From NCBI GenBank assembly GCA_963664525.1, contig OY761535.1:3129242-3193241 (forward strand): a stretch of DNA of 64,000 nt, written 5' to 3'. A program made the position numbers and the translations under genes. This DNA comes from Arenicellales bacterium (lineage in GTDB: Bacteria; Pseudomonadota; Gammaproteobacteria; Arenicellales; JAJDZL01). The notes beneath the pieces were generated by a model, which saw only the letters and a list, made by a program, of their open reading frames with translations, did no database searches and was not told the DNA's origin. This document shows, piece by piece, positions 28,550 through 38,375 of this stretch (its first letter is position 1; each line of letters begins with the position of its first letter).

Positions 28550-30010
28550 ATGAAGAACCAGCGAAAAACAGGTCGCTTGCGAAACATGGAAAATCTTAAA
28601 AAATCAGTGGTTAAACCGCATTTTCGCTCAGATACCAGCGAATCGGGTCAACTGGCTGATAACTGGCAGGAAATTGCGATCGAAAAGCTCGGTGAACAAG
28701 TTCGATCAAACCGGGCACTTAAGGTTTTCTTGGACAGTTGTGTGAACTGTGGTGCTTGCACTGACAAGTGCCATTATTTTTTAGGTGACGGTGACCCGTT
28801 GAATATGCCAGTTGCCCGCCAAGACTTGATTAGAGGAGTTTATCGCCGGCACTTCACGGTGGCAGGAAAATATTTTCCGAAATTGGTTGGAGCAAGAGAA
28901 TTGACTGAAGAATTACTTGAGGACTGGGGAAAGTATTACTATCAGTGCTCACAGTGTCGCCGTTGCTCCGTGTATTGTCCCTTCGGTATTGACACAGCAG
29001 AAATTACCATGGCTGGTCGCTCAATTCTCGACGCCATCGGGATGAAGCAGCAATACATTCATTCGGTGCTTGACAATGTTGACAGGGCCGGAAACAACCT
29101 GGGCATGATAGGGCCCGCCATCAAAGATACGTTGAATGGTTTGGAGGAAGACGTTTTCGAGGAAACTGGGGTGCATGTGAAGTTCCCGCTTGACGAAGTT
29201 GGTGCTGATGTATTGCTGCTGGTGCCGTCGGCAGATTTATTTGCTGAACCTCATGTTGACGGTTTAATTGGCTGTGCCAAAATTTTTCACCAGCAGGGTA
29301 TCCATTGGACGCTGTCTACCTCAGCGTCGGAAGCGGCCAATTTTGCACTGTTCGTGGGGGACACTGAAAAAATGCAGGCAATGGCTGAACGAGTCAAAGA
29401 CGTGGCGTTAGAGCTTGGTGTGAGAAAGGTTGTTGTTGGTGAGTGCGGCCACGCGTGGCGAGTTGCAAGCAGTTATTGGCCGCAGTTGCTGGCATCGGCT
29501 ACTTCGAACCAATCTGCCGGATTCGAAGTATTGCATATTTGCGAGTTGACTTATGACTTACTTTGCCAACAATCACTGCAGCTTGACAAGTCCGTGCACC
29601 GAGACAAGGTCATCACGTATCACGATTCGTGCAATGTGGCACGCGGTTCACGTATGGGCGAACATCCGCAGGATGTGTACGACATTCCGCGTGCATTGCT
29701 GAAGGCGGCTTGCGAAAACTTCGTTGACATGGCTCCAGAATCGATTCGCGAGCGTACCTATTGCTGCGGCGGAGGCGGCGGTCTTTTAACCGATGAGTTG
29801 ATGGAGATTCGGGTCAGTGGTGCTTTGCCCCGTGTCAGTGCATTGGAGGAGGTTATCACCAATCAGGGCGTCACACATATGGCAGCAATCTGCGCGATCT
29901 GCAAGAGTCAGTTCAGTTCCGTTTTACCTCGCTACGGATTGGACATGAGAATGATCGTCAGTTTACATCAGATTGTTGGAGATGCTGTGGTGTTGAGTGC
30001 GGACAAGTGA
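28550..30010 (+). CDS. dsrK: DsrK (HdrD-like Fe-S / CCG-domain catalytic subunit)
   Basis: Two ferredoxin-type clusters (CVNCGACTDKC, CSQCRRCSVYCP) and CCG-domain cysteines (HDSCN.., YCCGGGGG). Confidence 0.85.
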   Translation: MKNQRKTGRLRNMENLKKSVVKPHFRSDTSESGQLADNWQEIAIEKLGEQVRSNRALKVFLDSCVNCGACTDKCHYFLGDGDPLNMPVARQDLIRGVYRRHFTVAGKYFPKLVGARELTEELLEDWGKYYYQCSQCRRCSVYCPFGIDTAEITMAGRSILDAIGMKQQYIHSVLDNVDRAGNNLGMIGPAIKDTLNGLEEDVFEETGVHVKFPLDEVGADVLLLVPSADLFAEPHVDGLIGCAKIFHQQGIHWTLSTSASEAANFALFVGDTEKMQAMAERVKDVALELGVRKVVVGECGHAWRVASSYWPQLLASATSNQSAGFEVLHICELTYDLLCQQSLQLDKSVHRDKVITYHDSCNVARGSRMGEHPQDVYDIPRALLKAACENFVDMAPESIRERTYCCGGGGGLLTDELMEIRVSGALPRVSALEEVITNQGVTHMAAICAICKSQFSSVLPRYGLDMRMIVSLHQIVGDAVVLSADK

Positions 30011-30545
30011 TCCAGTTGCTGCCCAATATCTTTTGCATCGTACGGAATAGTTGATCATGGAAAATCAATCCGATTTCTTGGAGGGTTCAGATCAATTTTG
30101 CTTCGAGATTATCGGCCTAGGCTTTGGAAGTAGGGTCTTCCCTAATTTTCGTGGGTAGCGGAATTATTGAGTGAGTTCAATGTTGTTTTCGGGCGCGGTT
30201 CATTGCGTGTGTTATTCTTCGAATTAACTCCTCTGCAACACGCCGAACATGCGCACGCGCATTTGAGCCCGTTCTTGTCCTTGGAGAATTTGTTAGTTCT
30301 CCATTGGCCCCGACCGGCCAGGTCAACTTAGCGCTATTGCTGTTGGTACGATTCGGTTTGCTTCTGTGATATCGGTGTTATCCTCATCTACTTACTATCT
30401 GGCTTCTCGAAAAAGTGCTTGGTAACTACAGAATATTATTGCTAATATCCCAATTGCTTTAGTATTTGTGTTGGATGAGTAATTCTTGGTTAGCGTTAGA
30501 CCTCAGCCTACCTTGGGGCAATTATTACCAAAATATTCGCTTAAA

Positions 30546-30605
30546 CGTATATATTGATATTATACGGAGAATAGTATATTTAGTTTTTATACGCTAGATC
30601 GTATA
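30546..30605 (+). promoter_or_regulatory. Candidate HipB operator pair in the hipBA promoter region
   Basis: Two inverted repeats built from the same hexamer: CGTATA-N9-TATACG (30546-30566) and TATACG-N6-CGTATA (30588-30605). They end 17 nt before the hipB ATG. Function is inferred by analogy with HipB autoregulation. Confidence 0.45.
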
Positions 30606-30621
30606 TAGAGAGGCGGTAAGG

Positions 30622-30867
30622 ATGAGAAATATCATACGTAGTAATAAAGATCTTGGTGAATCAATCCGCCGTGCACGCAAGAATAAAGGTTTACGGCAGG
30701 TTGATGTCGCTCGAAAAGCCTCAGTACGCCAGGCACTGGTATCTGACCTTGAGAACGGTATGACTACGGCAAGGTACGACACCGTGATCAAGGTGCTGGC
30801 CGCTCTGGATATGGACTTGTCTATCGTCCCGCGCCGCAAAGCCGGATTCGATCCAACGGAGTATTAA
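30622..30867 (+). CDS. hipB: HipB-type XRE-family antitoxin
   Basis: 81 aa with an HTH (IRRARKNKGLRQVDVARKASVRQALVSDLENG). Its stop abuts the hipA start. Confidence 0.85.
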   Translation: MRNIIRSNKDLGESIRRARKNKGLRQVDVARKASVRQALVSDLENGMTTARYDTVIKVLAALDMDLSIVPRRKAGFDPTEY

Positions 30868-32166
30868 GTGGGACGTAAACGCCACAGACGCATTCTTGAT
30901 GTGTATGTCGGCTCGAGTAAAGTTGGCATGTATTCCCGTGAGCCTAGCGGTGCTATATCGTTTCGTTATGATCCGGACTGGTTGTCATCCGATAAGGCAT
31001 TTCCTATTTCCGTGTCCATGCCGCTGACTGATCGTGTCTGGTCAGGGGAAAGTGCGGCCAACTACATTGACGGGTTGTTGCCAGATGATCGTACCGTAAG
31101 AGAAAAAATTGCTGCCCGTGAGCAGGCAGACAGTTCTGGAATATTTGATCTCCTTGCAGTTCTCGGACGTGATTGTGTAGGAGCACTGCGTTTTATCCCT
31201 GAGGGACTTGATCCTGGTGACCCAACGAATATGGAATATAGACCGGTAAGCGATGATGAAATTGCTGCTCGGATCGCTTCCCTCGCCATCACGCCACTCG
31301 GTGTCCATCTCGATGAAGATGATTTTCGTATCTCCATTGCAGGCATGCAAGAAAAAACGGCCTTTCTCCGGATCAACAATCAATGGCATTTACCACTTGG
31401 GCCTACACCCACCTCTCACATCTTCAAGCCTGCGATGAAAAAAGGCCCGGCAGGCGTCGATTTTTCTGATACTCCCTGGAATGAGTGGCTCTGTCTCGAA
31501 CTGTGCCGTGCCTTGGGTCTTGAGTCGACAAAGGCCGATGTGTTGGTATTCAATGATAAACCCGTAATCGCCATTGAGCGATTCGATCGGGTCTGGAGGG
31601 AAAGGGTACTATACCGGAAACCGCAGGAAGATATGTGTCAGGCCTTAGGGGTTCCACCAGTGCGGAAGTACCAAAGTGATGGTGGTCCGGGCATTGTCGA
31701 CGTACTGAAGTTCCTGAACGGTGCGATTGTCCCATATGAAGACCGCATGGCCTTTATGAAGACACAGGTCGTGTTCTGGTTGTTGGCAGCCATTGACGGC
31801 CATGCCAAAAACTTCTCAATATTTCTCTCACCAGATGGCTACCGACTCACGCCTCTATACGATGTGGTTTCAGCCGCTCCCTGGCCGGAATTTCCGGATC
31901 AGAAGATTAAGCTTGCAATGGCCTTGGGGAGCAAAAACTATTATCGCTTACATCAAATTCAACTCCGACACTTCTATCAGACAGGTCAAAAAGCAGGGTT
32001 ACGTGAGCAGGATATGGATCTTATCTTTTCTAGCCTGCTCGCGAAGATGGATGATGCAATAGCACAAACGGCTGCTTTGGCTTCCAATGCCGGAGTGCCA
32101 GCATCAACAACAGAATTAATTTTGGCTAGTGTGAGTAAACGCGCCAAGATAATAGGAAAGGAGTGA
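30868..32166 (+). CDS. hipA: HipA-family serine/threonine kinase toxin
   Basis: 432 aa. HipA N-terminal coupling region (LDVYVGSSKVGMYSREPSGAISFRYDPDWL, LLPD), SIAGMQEK and catalytic DGHAKNFS motifs. GTG start directly after the hipB TAA. Confidence 0.9.
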   Translation: MGRKRHRRILDVYVGSSKVGMYSREPSGAISFRYDPDWLSSDKAFPISVSMPLTDRVWSGESAANYIDGLLPDDRTVREKIAAREQADSSGIFDLLAVLGRDCVGALRFIPEGLDPGDPTNMEYRPVSDDEIAARIASLAITPLGVHLDEDDFRISIAGMQEKTAFLRINNQWHLPLGPTPTSHIFKPAMKKGPAGVDFSDTPWNEWLCLELCRALGLESTKADVLVFNDKPVIAIERFDRVWRERVLYRKPQEDMCQALGVPPVRKYQSDGGPGIVDVLKFLNGAIVPYEDRMAFMKTQVVFWLLAAIDGHAKNFSIFLSPDGYRLTPLYDVVSAAPWPEFPDQKIKLAMALGSKNYYRLHQIQLRHFYQTGQKAGLREQDMDLIFSSLLAKMDDAIAQTAALASNAGVPASTTELILASVSKRAKIIGKE

Positions 32167-32279
32167 TACACTTCAATGGATTACAAGGGCGGGAGAAATG
32201 CTGCAGCTTGTATAAATTGAAACCGTCGAGGCTGACTCGTTTTCGTTGACCGATGCACTTTCACACTTTTGCCCGCTCA

Positions 32280-32939
32280 CTAATCCCCATATTTATCTGT
32301 ATGCGTTTCATATCCGACGATCAGAACATCTGCTGGTCGCAGGGCAAAAATTCCATTACAAACGACCCCAGCTTGATTATTGAGTATTGACTCAATTGAT
32401 ACTGCATCTTTGAGGTCAAGGTTGCGTGCATCAATGATGATGTTGCCATTATCTGTGGTAAACCCGATACGCAGTTCAGGCAAACCACCCAGTTTGATGA
32501 TTGCGCGACTCACCAAACTTTGTGCGAGCGGGATGACTTCAATTGCAAGCGGAAAATCCCCGAGTACATCCACGACCTTGGTTTCATCGACGATACAGAT
32601 AAATTTTTCACTTGCAGTTGCAACAATTTTCTCACGGGTTAGAGCACCGCCGCCACCCTTGATGAGATGCTTGTTGCGGGTGGCTTCATCAGCACCGTCA
32701 ACATAAATCGGTAAAGTTCCGGTTCGGTTCAAGTCCAGTATTGGAATTCCATGTCCGCGCAAGCGATCTTCAGTAGCTTTGGAACTTGCAACAGCACCAT
32801 CAATCTTGCCTTTGATTTTGGGTAGCAAATCAATAAATTCATTGGCCGTAGAGCCGGTTCCGACACCGACAACATCGCCGATATCGATAAAGTCGAGTGC
32901 CGCTTGTGCCGCGTTTTTCTTCATTCGTTCGAAATTCAT
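32280..32939 (-). CDS. rpiA: Ribose-5-phosphate isomerase A
   Basis: [19 protein letters not shown] and [12 protein letters not shown] motifs; 219 aa. Confidence 0.93.
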   Translation of the reverse strand: MNFERMKKNAAQAALDFIDIGDVVGVGTGSTANEFIDLLPKIKGKIDGAVASSKATEDRLRGHGIPILDLNRTGTLPIYVDGADEATRNKHLIKGGGGALTREKIVATASEKFICIVDETKVVDVLGDFPLAIEVIPLAQSLVSRAIIKLGGLPELRIGFTTDNGNIIIDARNLDLKDAVSIESILNNQAGVVCNGIFALRPADVLIVGYETHTDKYGD

Positions 32940-33065
32940 TGGGTGGCATCCTCTGAAACACTTCGTAAGTGGTTTTTCAATGAATCAATTTTGCAGCAAT
33001 CCGGCCGTTGAATTCGCTCAATTTTTTGATTTGAATAGATATCGGCGCAACAAATCCAAAAGTTT

Positions 33066-34724
33066 TCATTTGTCATCAACCACTTCAACTATTTTGAGAA
33101 TGTGTTTCGCTCGTGAGCACGCGACGTAGTTGAGTCTTCGAGCCCTGTGGTTCGAACCGACCACGGGTGATGTCAGCATGATCACTGCGTCTGCTTCCAA
33201 GCCTTTGAATCGGGCGTGAGATTCGATCAAGATTCCTTCATTATTTCGCCAGGCATCAAGATTACGAGTCACCTTGCTGCGCTTGAACTTCTCTGGCCAG
33301 TCATCAACAGGAAATCCTGGCACCAAAACGGCGATCTGGGACGGACTGAGTCCACCTGTCGTGGGTTTTGATAAATCGCTCACCAGACCCGCAATTTTCT
33401 CAAAGCCCGCTTTTCGAGAATGAACTTGGTAAACATCCAGTGAGTGGGTCAGGACATCAGAATCCTCGTCAATTAAATTGTCACAATAATTTGCGATTTC
33501 GGGCGAATTCCTGCAATTCTTGTAGAGCATAAATGGATCACCCAACTCGCGTGGCAAACGCAATTCTTCTTTAAGATAAAGAATTTGATTGGGATCGAAA
33601 AAGACATAAAAGCAACGTTTGTTGTCCGGATCTTTGAAAATTGAATCCAGACTGTGCCACCAAAGTTCCAGAAAATCCTGACCTTCGTCGACAATGACTG
33701 CATCGTATTTTTCCGACTCGGGTATCAAGTCACAGGCCTGCATCAAAAGATCAGGTGCTATTTCATTCCAAAACTCTCGCCGGTCATCGTGTTGGTTGGG
33801 ATCAAATTCCAGCTTGGTCAACTGACAAAGATCGTGCACGAGTTCGTGATAGGTTTTGATCGTTAACTCCTGTTCAAAGTTTACCTGTGCGGTATGGATG
33901 AGCCAATCTCTCAAGGGACGGTTGTAACACAAAAGTAGTGTTCGCATGTTGGACTGGGCAGACTGCTGTGCTTTTGCGAGAGCCAGTAGCGTTTTTCCAG
34001 TTCCAGCACCACCTTGAATTGACGCTGTTGACTGGTGGGTAAGGATTGTCAACAGTTGTTTTTGTTCCTCGGTCAGCCGATGAAGTCGCTCTTCTTGATC
34101 TTCAATCTCTCGCCATATGACGGGAACAACGTCAAACTTTGGAAACAGTGCGAATTCAATTTTTCTGATCTGTTCTTTACTGAGCGGTTTGTTGGCATTT
34201 CGGCGAAACAGGTTGAAAATGTTGGCGAGTCGGGTTTCCAGTTTAACAAGATCACCAGCATCCATAATTTGTGTTCGAGTAATTCCAGGCGGCACCTGAC
34301 CTTGAAAACTTCCATCAGGAAAAACAACCGCGAAACCATAAGTGAAGTCAAGTTGGGCAAGGTTAAGCCGTTCCTGAATGTGCTTCAAAATCGCGTACAA
34401 ATTGGTTTGTACCTGTTTGAACGGATCCTTATTGAGTGGAATTTTGCTTTTATAGTTGGAAAGTCGCCACCACTGTTCCGTCTCGGGATCAAATCCCAGG
34501 ATTCCACCCTTAACCTCGATGAAAAGCAACCCGTTTTTCGGATCGAGAACAATAAAGTCGCATTCACCTTCGACTAGGGGTCGCTTATTGTGCTTTTCTA
34601 CCCAATTGAAGCTATGAATAATGTTGATTTGATCGGAAAGGTGGCTTGCCAATACATTTGCCACTTTCCTCTCGCTTGAATTTTCGATGGTGGTAGGGTC
34701 AATTGTTGGAATGAATCGTGCCAT
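33066..34724 (-). CDS. NERD-domain nuclease fused to an SF1 (UvrD-like) P-loop helicase/ATPase
   Basis: The N-terminus has a PD-(D/E)xK-like NERD signature (EGECDFIVLDPKNGLLFIEVKGG). It is followed by Walker A GGAGTGKT, Walker B VIVDEGQDF and a UvrD_C-like end (KGLEADAVIM..YVACSRAKHIL). Confidence 0.75.
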   Translation of the reverse strand: MARFIPTIDPTTIENSSERKVANVLASHLSDQINIIHSFNWVEKHNKRPLVEGECDFIVLDPKNGLLFIEVKGGILGFDPETEQWWRLSNYKSKIPLNKDPFKQVQTNLYAILKHIQERLNLAQLDFTYGFAVVFPDGSFQGQVPPGITRTQIMDAGDLVKLETRLANIFNLFRRNANKPLSKEQIRKIEFALFPKFDVVPVIWREIEDQEERLHRLTEEQKQLLTILTHQSTASIQGGAGTGKTLLALAKAQQSAQSNMRTLLLCYNRPLRDWLIHTAQVNFEQELTIKTYHELVHDLCQLTKLEFDPNQHDDRREFWNEIAPDLLMQACDLIPESEKYDAVIVDEGQDFLELWWHSLDSIFKDPDNKRCFYVFFDPNQILYLKEELRLPRELGDPFMLYKNCRNSPEIANYCDNLIDEDSDVLTHSLDVYQVHSRKAGFEKIAGLVSDLSKPTTGGLSPSQIAVLVPGFPVDDWPEKFKRSKVTRNLDAWRNNEGILIESHARFKGLEADAVIMLTSPVVGSNHRARRLNYVACSRAKHILKIVEVVDDK

Positions 34725-35015
34725 CAGTTTTCAAGGAACCTCCTCAATAGGTTTGTGCCAATCAATTGGCCCGGCAAAAGTAGAATGCATCTGTAATGTA
34801 TTTTCACACCGAGTCAAATTCGCAAGTTATTTTGAATCTTGCAAAACGCAGCAAATAATATCAACATTCAGTGAAAATGAGACAAAAGGCGCAGGGCAGG
34901 ATTTGACTAAACTACATTCCTGCAAATCGGACCGGTGAATTCGCTTGGGTTGACATTGGCTGAACCTTTTTGACAAGCAATTGTCAAATTAAACTACACA
35001 GCCAAGTTCTGTAAA

Positions 35016-36416
35016 ATGGACCATAAGTTGTTTCCGAGTCTAAAAACTTTTTCTAAGTCAATAAAGCACCACTTGATGTTTCGCCTCATTCAAATTATTG
35101 TAGTTTTGCAGATTACTCCGAGGGCGGCGCTCGCCCAAGAGCAGGCTGATACAGTGCATGTGTTATCGACACTCGATTGGTGGGTAATGGTCGTTGGGCT
35201 CTTGACGGGAGCGCTGATTTCGTTATTTTGGGTGATTCGTTCAAAGGCATTGCAAACACTGCCTGAATCCGCTAAATCAAGTGAGACAGCGGCTTCGATC
35301 GAGGTAACTGATCCGCTTCCTTCACCAGGACGACGCAGATTGGAAATTTACTCGTTCATTGGTCTTGCTCTCGGTCTGTCGCTAGCCTTAGCACCGCAAT
35401 TCCCTTACGTTTGCACCTTCGGTACTGTCGCAATTATCCTGTTTTGTCTTGCATTACCTTTGTTTGGAATCTTTCAATTTGGCGATGGGAAAGGATTTTT
35501 CATCAACTGGGTCAGGGATAGAACGCTCGCCGTGATCGTCATGCTGGTCTCTGCAACGGTAGCGCTCGCTGTCATAAACAGTCTTTTCGAAGTTCGGTTG
35601 ATCGGTAGCGAATTGCAATTGGTTGCAGGAATTCTTGCTGCAATCGCAATCGGATTTATTGGCGCGGACTTGTTTTTCAGATGGTTTGGTACGAACTCTT
35701 TTGCTGGCGACGAGGGAAACAAGGTTGGGCGCTTGGCTGGCGGCGCCATGGTTGCACTTTCCATTTTTGTCGCAAGTCAAATTCCACAAGTTCCAGCGAT
35801 GTTTCTTTGGGCAGTTTACCTGATTGTTGTGGCTGTATATTGCGGTGCGACTACAAAAGTGAGTCAACCCGCCAATGGTCACCAGCAATTGCTTAAAGGC
35901 GCCGGGCTCGTGATCATGATTTTCGGGGTCGTTGGTCTAGTCAGCGCGTCGTTCGGTTTTCGAAATTTCAGCCAACCGTTCACCCAAGTTTCGACATTGA
36001 TCGCTACTGGAGGTTCAATACCAACCCAACAAATCACAAACTCTTCGACTGAGGTTTTCACCTATGCCAAGTCTATGGATGAGTTTGAGCGGATACTCGG
36101 CGATGCCAGGCAGGAGAATAAACCGGTGGCTATCGATTTTTTCGCGGACTGGTGCCTTGACTGCAAACGAATGGAACGCACGACGCTGAAAGATCCGACC
36201 ATTGTGACAGCACTCACCGAAACTTTCGCCAGCATAAAGATTGATGTGACAGACCCCAATGAACAATTCAGCCGTGAAATTCGAAAGCGATACAAAGTGT
36301 TTGGGCCACCCGCGTTGCTGTTTCTTGATCGGCTCGGGAACCTGACGTCATTCTCACCAACCTACGGTTACCTGGACGTCGACGAACTCACCGACTTACT
36401 GGCAAAAGTACAGTAA
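35016..36416 (+). CDS. Polytopic membrane protein with a C-terminal DsbD-gamma-like thioredoxin domain
   Basis: The last ~130 aa resemble the DsbD gamma domain (KPVAIDFFADWCLDCKRME..VFGPPALLFLD). The upstream ~330 aa are multi-TM but lack the (T/S)PC motifs of the DsbD/CcdA core. Confidence 0.6.
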   Translation: MDHKLFPSLKTFSKSIKHHLMFRLIQIIVVLQITPRAALAQEQADTVHVLSTLDWWVMVVGLLTGALISLFWVIRSKALQTLPESAKSSETAASIEVTDPLPSPGRRRLEIYSFIGLALGLSLALAPQFPYVCTFGTVAIILFCLALPLFGIFQFGDGKGFFINWVRDRTLAVIVMLVSATVALAVINSLFEVRLIGSELQLVAGILAAIAIGFIGADLFFRWFGTNSFAGDEGNKVGRLAGGAMVALSIFVASQIPQVPAMFLWAVYLIVVAVYCGATTKVSQPANGHQQLLKGAGLVIMIFGVVGLVSASFGFRNFSQPFTQVSTLIATGGSIPTQQITNSSTEVFTYAKSMDEFERILGDARQENKPVAIDFFADWCLDCKRMERTTLKDPTIVTALTETFASIKIDVTDPNEQFSREIRKRYKVFGPPALLFLDRLGNLTSFSPTYGYLDVDELTDLLAKVQ

Positions 36417-36605
36417 TCGCATACGCTTTGGGCTTTACTGCAAGGCGCAAATGCAGCGTACCATTACGAAGGTTTGATCCGGGTATGAAGTCAGCGAGTC
36501 ATTTGCTGGACTGGTATAATTTCAAACAATTCATTTGCCAAGACCCAGATTGCATATCCCACTGAATTCAATGCATCTCGTAAATCTGATTTCTCGCTAG
36601 ATATT

Positions 36606-38138
36606 TTGGAATCAGAGTATCTTCAACGCATATTGCTCGCGCGAGTCTATGACATCGCTCAAGACACTCCGCTGGACTACGCCACAAATCTTTCGCGTAA
36701 GCTCAAGCGCGATGTTTGGCTCAAGCGCGAAGACCAACAGCCAATCTTTTCATTCAAGATCCGCGGCGCTTACAACAAAATGTCTCGGCTGTCACCGGAC
36801 GTATTGAAACAAGGTGTTGTCGCCGCCTCAGCTGGAAATCATGCTCAGGGCGTTGCGCTTGCGGGAAAGACGCTAAATTGCCCGGTCACCATTTTTATGC
36901 CATTAACCAGCCCAGAAATCAAGGTTAAGTCCGTCAAGGGATTTGGAGCGACAGTGAAATTGATCGGTGACAGTTATGCTGAAGCCGGCGCTGCTGCAAG
37001 TGAGTTCTGCCAACAAAATGGTCTTTCTCTAATACCACCTTATGATGACCCCGATATCATCGCTGGAAACGGGACAGTGGGCCTTGAAATCATGCGCTCA
37101 GCACATGGAAAAATTGAAGCGATTTTTGTGCCCGTTGGCGGTGGTGGTCTGATCGCGGGAATTGCTGCCTACGTCAAGAGCATCGATAGCAATGTCAAAG
37201 TGATTGGTGTAGAACCGAAAGACTCTGATGCCATGGCAAGGTCCGTCGAGGCTGGAAAAAGAATCATGCTCAAAGATGTCGGAATTTTTGCAGATGGTGT
37301 GGCCGTTAAACAGGTTGGTGAAGAAACATTTCGTCTCGTTCGAAAATATGTTGACGAGATTGTTCGGGTTGATACCGACGAGATTTGTGCAGCAATCAAG
37401 GATATTTTCGAAGACACCCGTTCGATCGTTGAACCGTCTGGCGCTCTGGCAGTCGCCGGAGTGAAGCACTACAGCGCCAAGTTCAACCAAAATGGCAAGG
37501 GATTGGTGGCGGTTAACTCTGGCGCCAACATGAATTTCGACCGTTTGCGCCATGTTTCAGAACGAGCTGAAATCGGTGAACGGCGCGAGGCGATTCTCGC
37601 AGTCACTATTCCCGAACGACCTGGAAGCTTCAGGGAGTTTTGCTCAACCGTCGGCGAGCGAAACATTACCGAATTCAATTATCGTTTTTCGAATACGAAA
37701 AATGCCCATGTCTACGCGGGGATACAGATCAGCAGTCGCGATGAAGTAAACTGTTTGATTGAAGATCTTGAAAAACGTGATTATCCCGTACTGGATTTGA
37801 CAGACAATGAAATGGCTAAAATTCATGTTCGGCACATGGTTGGAGGACCCGCCCCAAAGGCGACTAATGAAAAAGTCTACCGTTTCGAATTTCCTGAACG
37901 TCGCGGAGCACTTTTGGGGTTTCTTGAGAAGATGGGCAGTTCCTGGAACATCAGCATGTTCCACTATCGAAACCATGGTACTGATTTTGGCCGCGTGCTG
38001 TGCGGCATTCAAGTTCCAGCGGATGAAATGCCACAATTTAAGGCATTTTTGAAATTGGTCGGGTACAGTTATATGGAAGAAACTGATAACCCTGTGTACA
38101 GGATGTTTCTGACTGAAAACCCAGAACAAGAGGTGTAA
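36606..38138 (+). CDS. ilvA: Biosynthetic threonine dehydratase (threonine ammonia-lyase)
   Basis: PLP lysine motif FSFKIRGAYN, GGGGLIAG, and two C-terminal ACT-like regulatory repeats; 510 aa; TTG start. Confidence 0.93.
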   Translation: MESEYLQRILLARVYDIAQDTPLDYATNLSRKLKRDVWLKREDQQPIFSFKIRGAYNKMSRLSPDVLKQGVVAASAGNHAQGVALAGKTLNCPVTIFMPLTSPEIKVKSVKGFGATVKLIGDSYAEAGAAASEFCQQNGLSLIPPYDDPDIIAGNGTVGLEIMRSAHGKIEAIFVPVGGGGLIAGIAAYVKSIDSNVKVIGVEPKDSDAMARSVEAGKRIMLKDVGIFADGVAVKQVGEETFRLVRKYVDEIVRVDTDEICAAIKDIFEDTRSIVEPSGALAVAGVKHYSAKFNQNGKGLVAVNSGANMNFDRLRHVSERAEIGERREAILAVTIPERPGSFREFCSTVGERNITEFNYRFSNTKNAHVYAGIQISSRDEVNCLIEDLEKRDYPVLDLTDNEMAKIHVRHMVGGPAPKATNEKVYRFEFPERRGALLGFLEKMGSSWNISMFHYRNHGTDFGRVLCGIQVPADEMPQFKAFLKLVGYSYMEETDNPVYRMFLTENPEQEV

Positions 38139-38139
38139 T

Positions 38140-38361
38140 ATGAGTGATGCGAACGGTGTGGAATTTATTGGACTATACGTTATTCCAGGTGAGGGTACTG
38201 TCGCAGCACTGAGACAATCCGTCGAAACCCAGTTGTTTGATAAACAGGGACTGGAATGGAAAATTGTTGAAAAAAAGAAAAACGGCGAAGATACCAGCGT
38301 TGAAGAACAAGCGCTGGCGCAAGTCAAACACAACGACGTTTCGGGGAACGGATTTTACTGA
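38140..38361 (+). CDS. Hypothetical small protein (73 aa)
   Basis: The ATG comes one nt after the ilvA stop. No recognisable motif; coding status uncertain. Confidence 0.3.
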   Translation: MSDANGVEFIGLYVIPGEGTVAALRQSVETQLFDKQGLEWKIVEKKKNGEDTSVEEQALAQVKHNDVSGNGFY

Positions 38362-38375
38362 TTCTCACCTAAACG

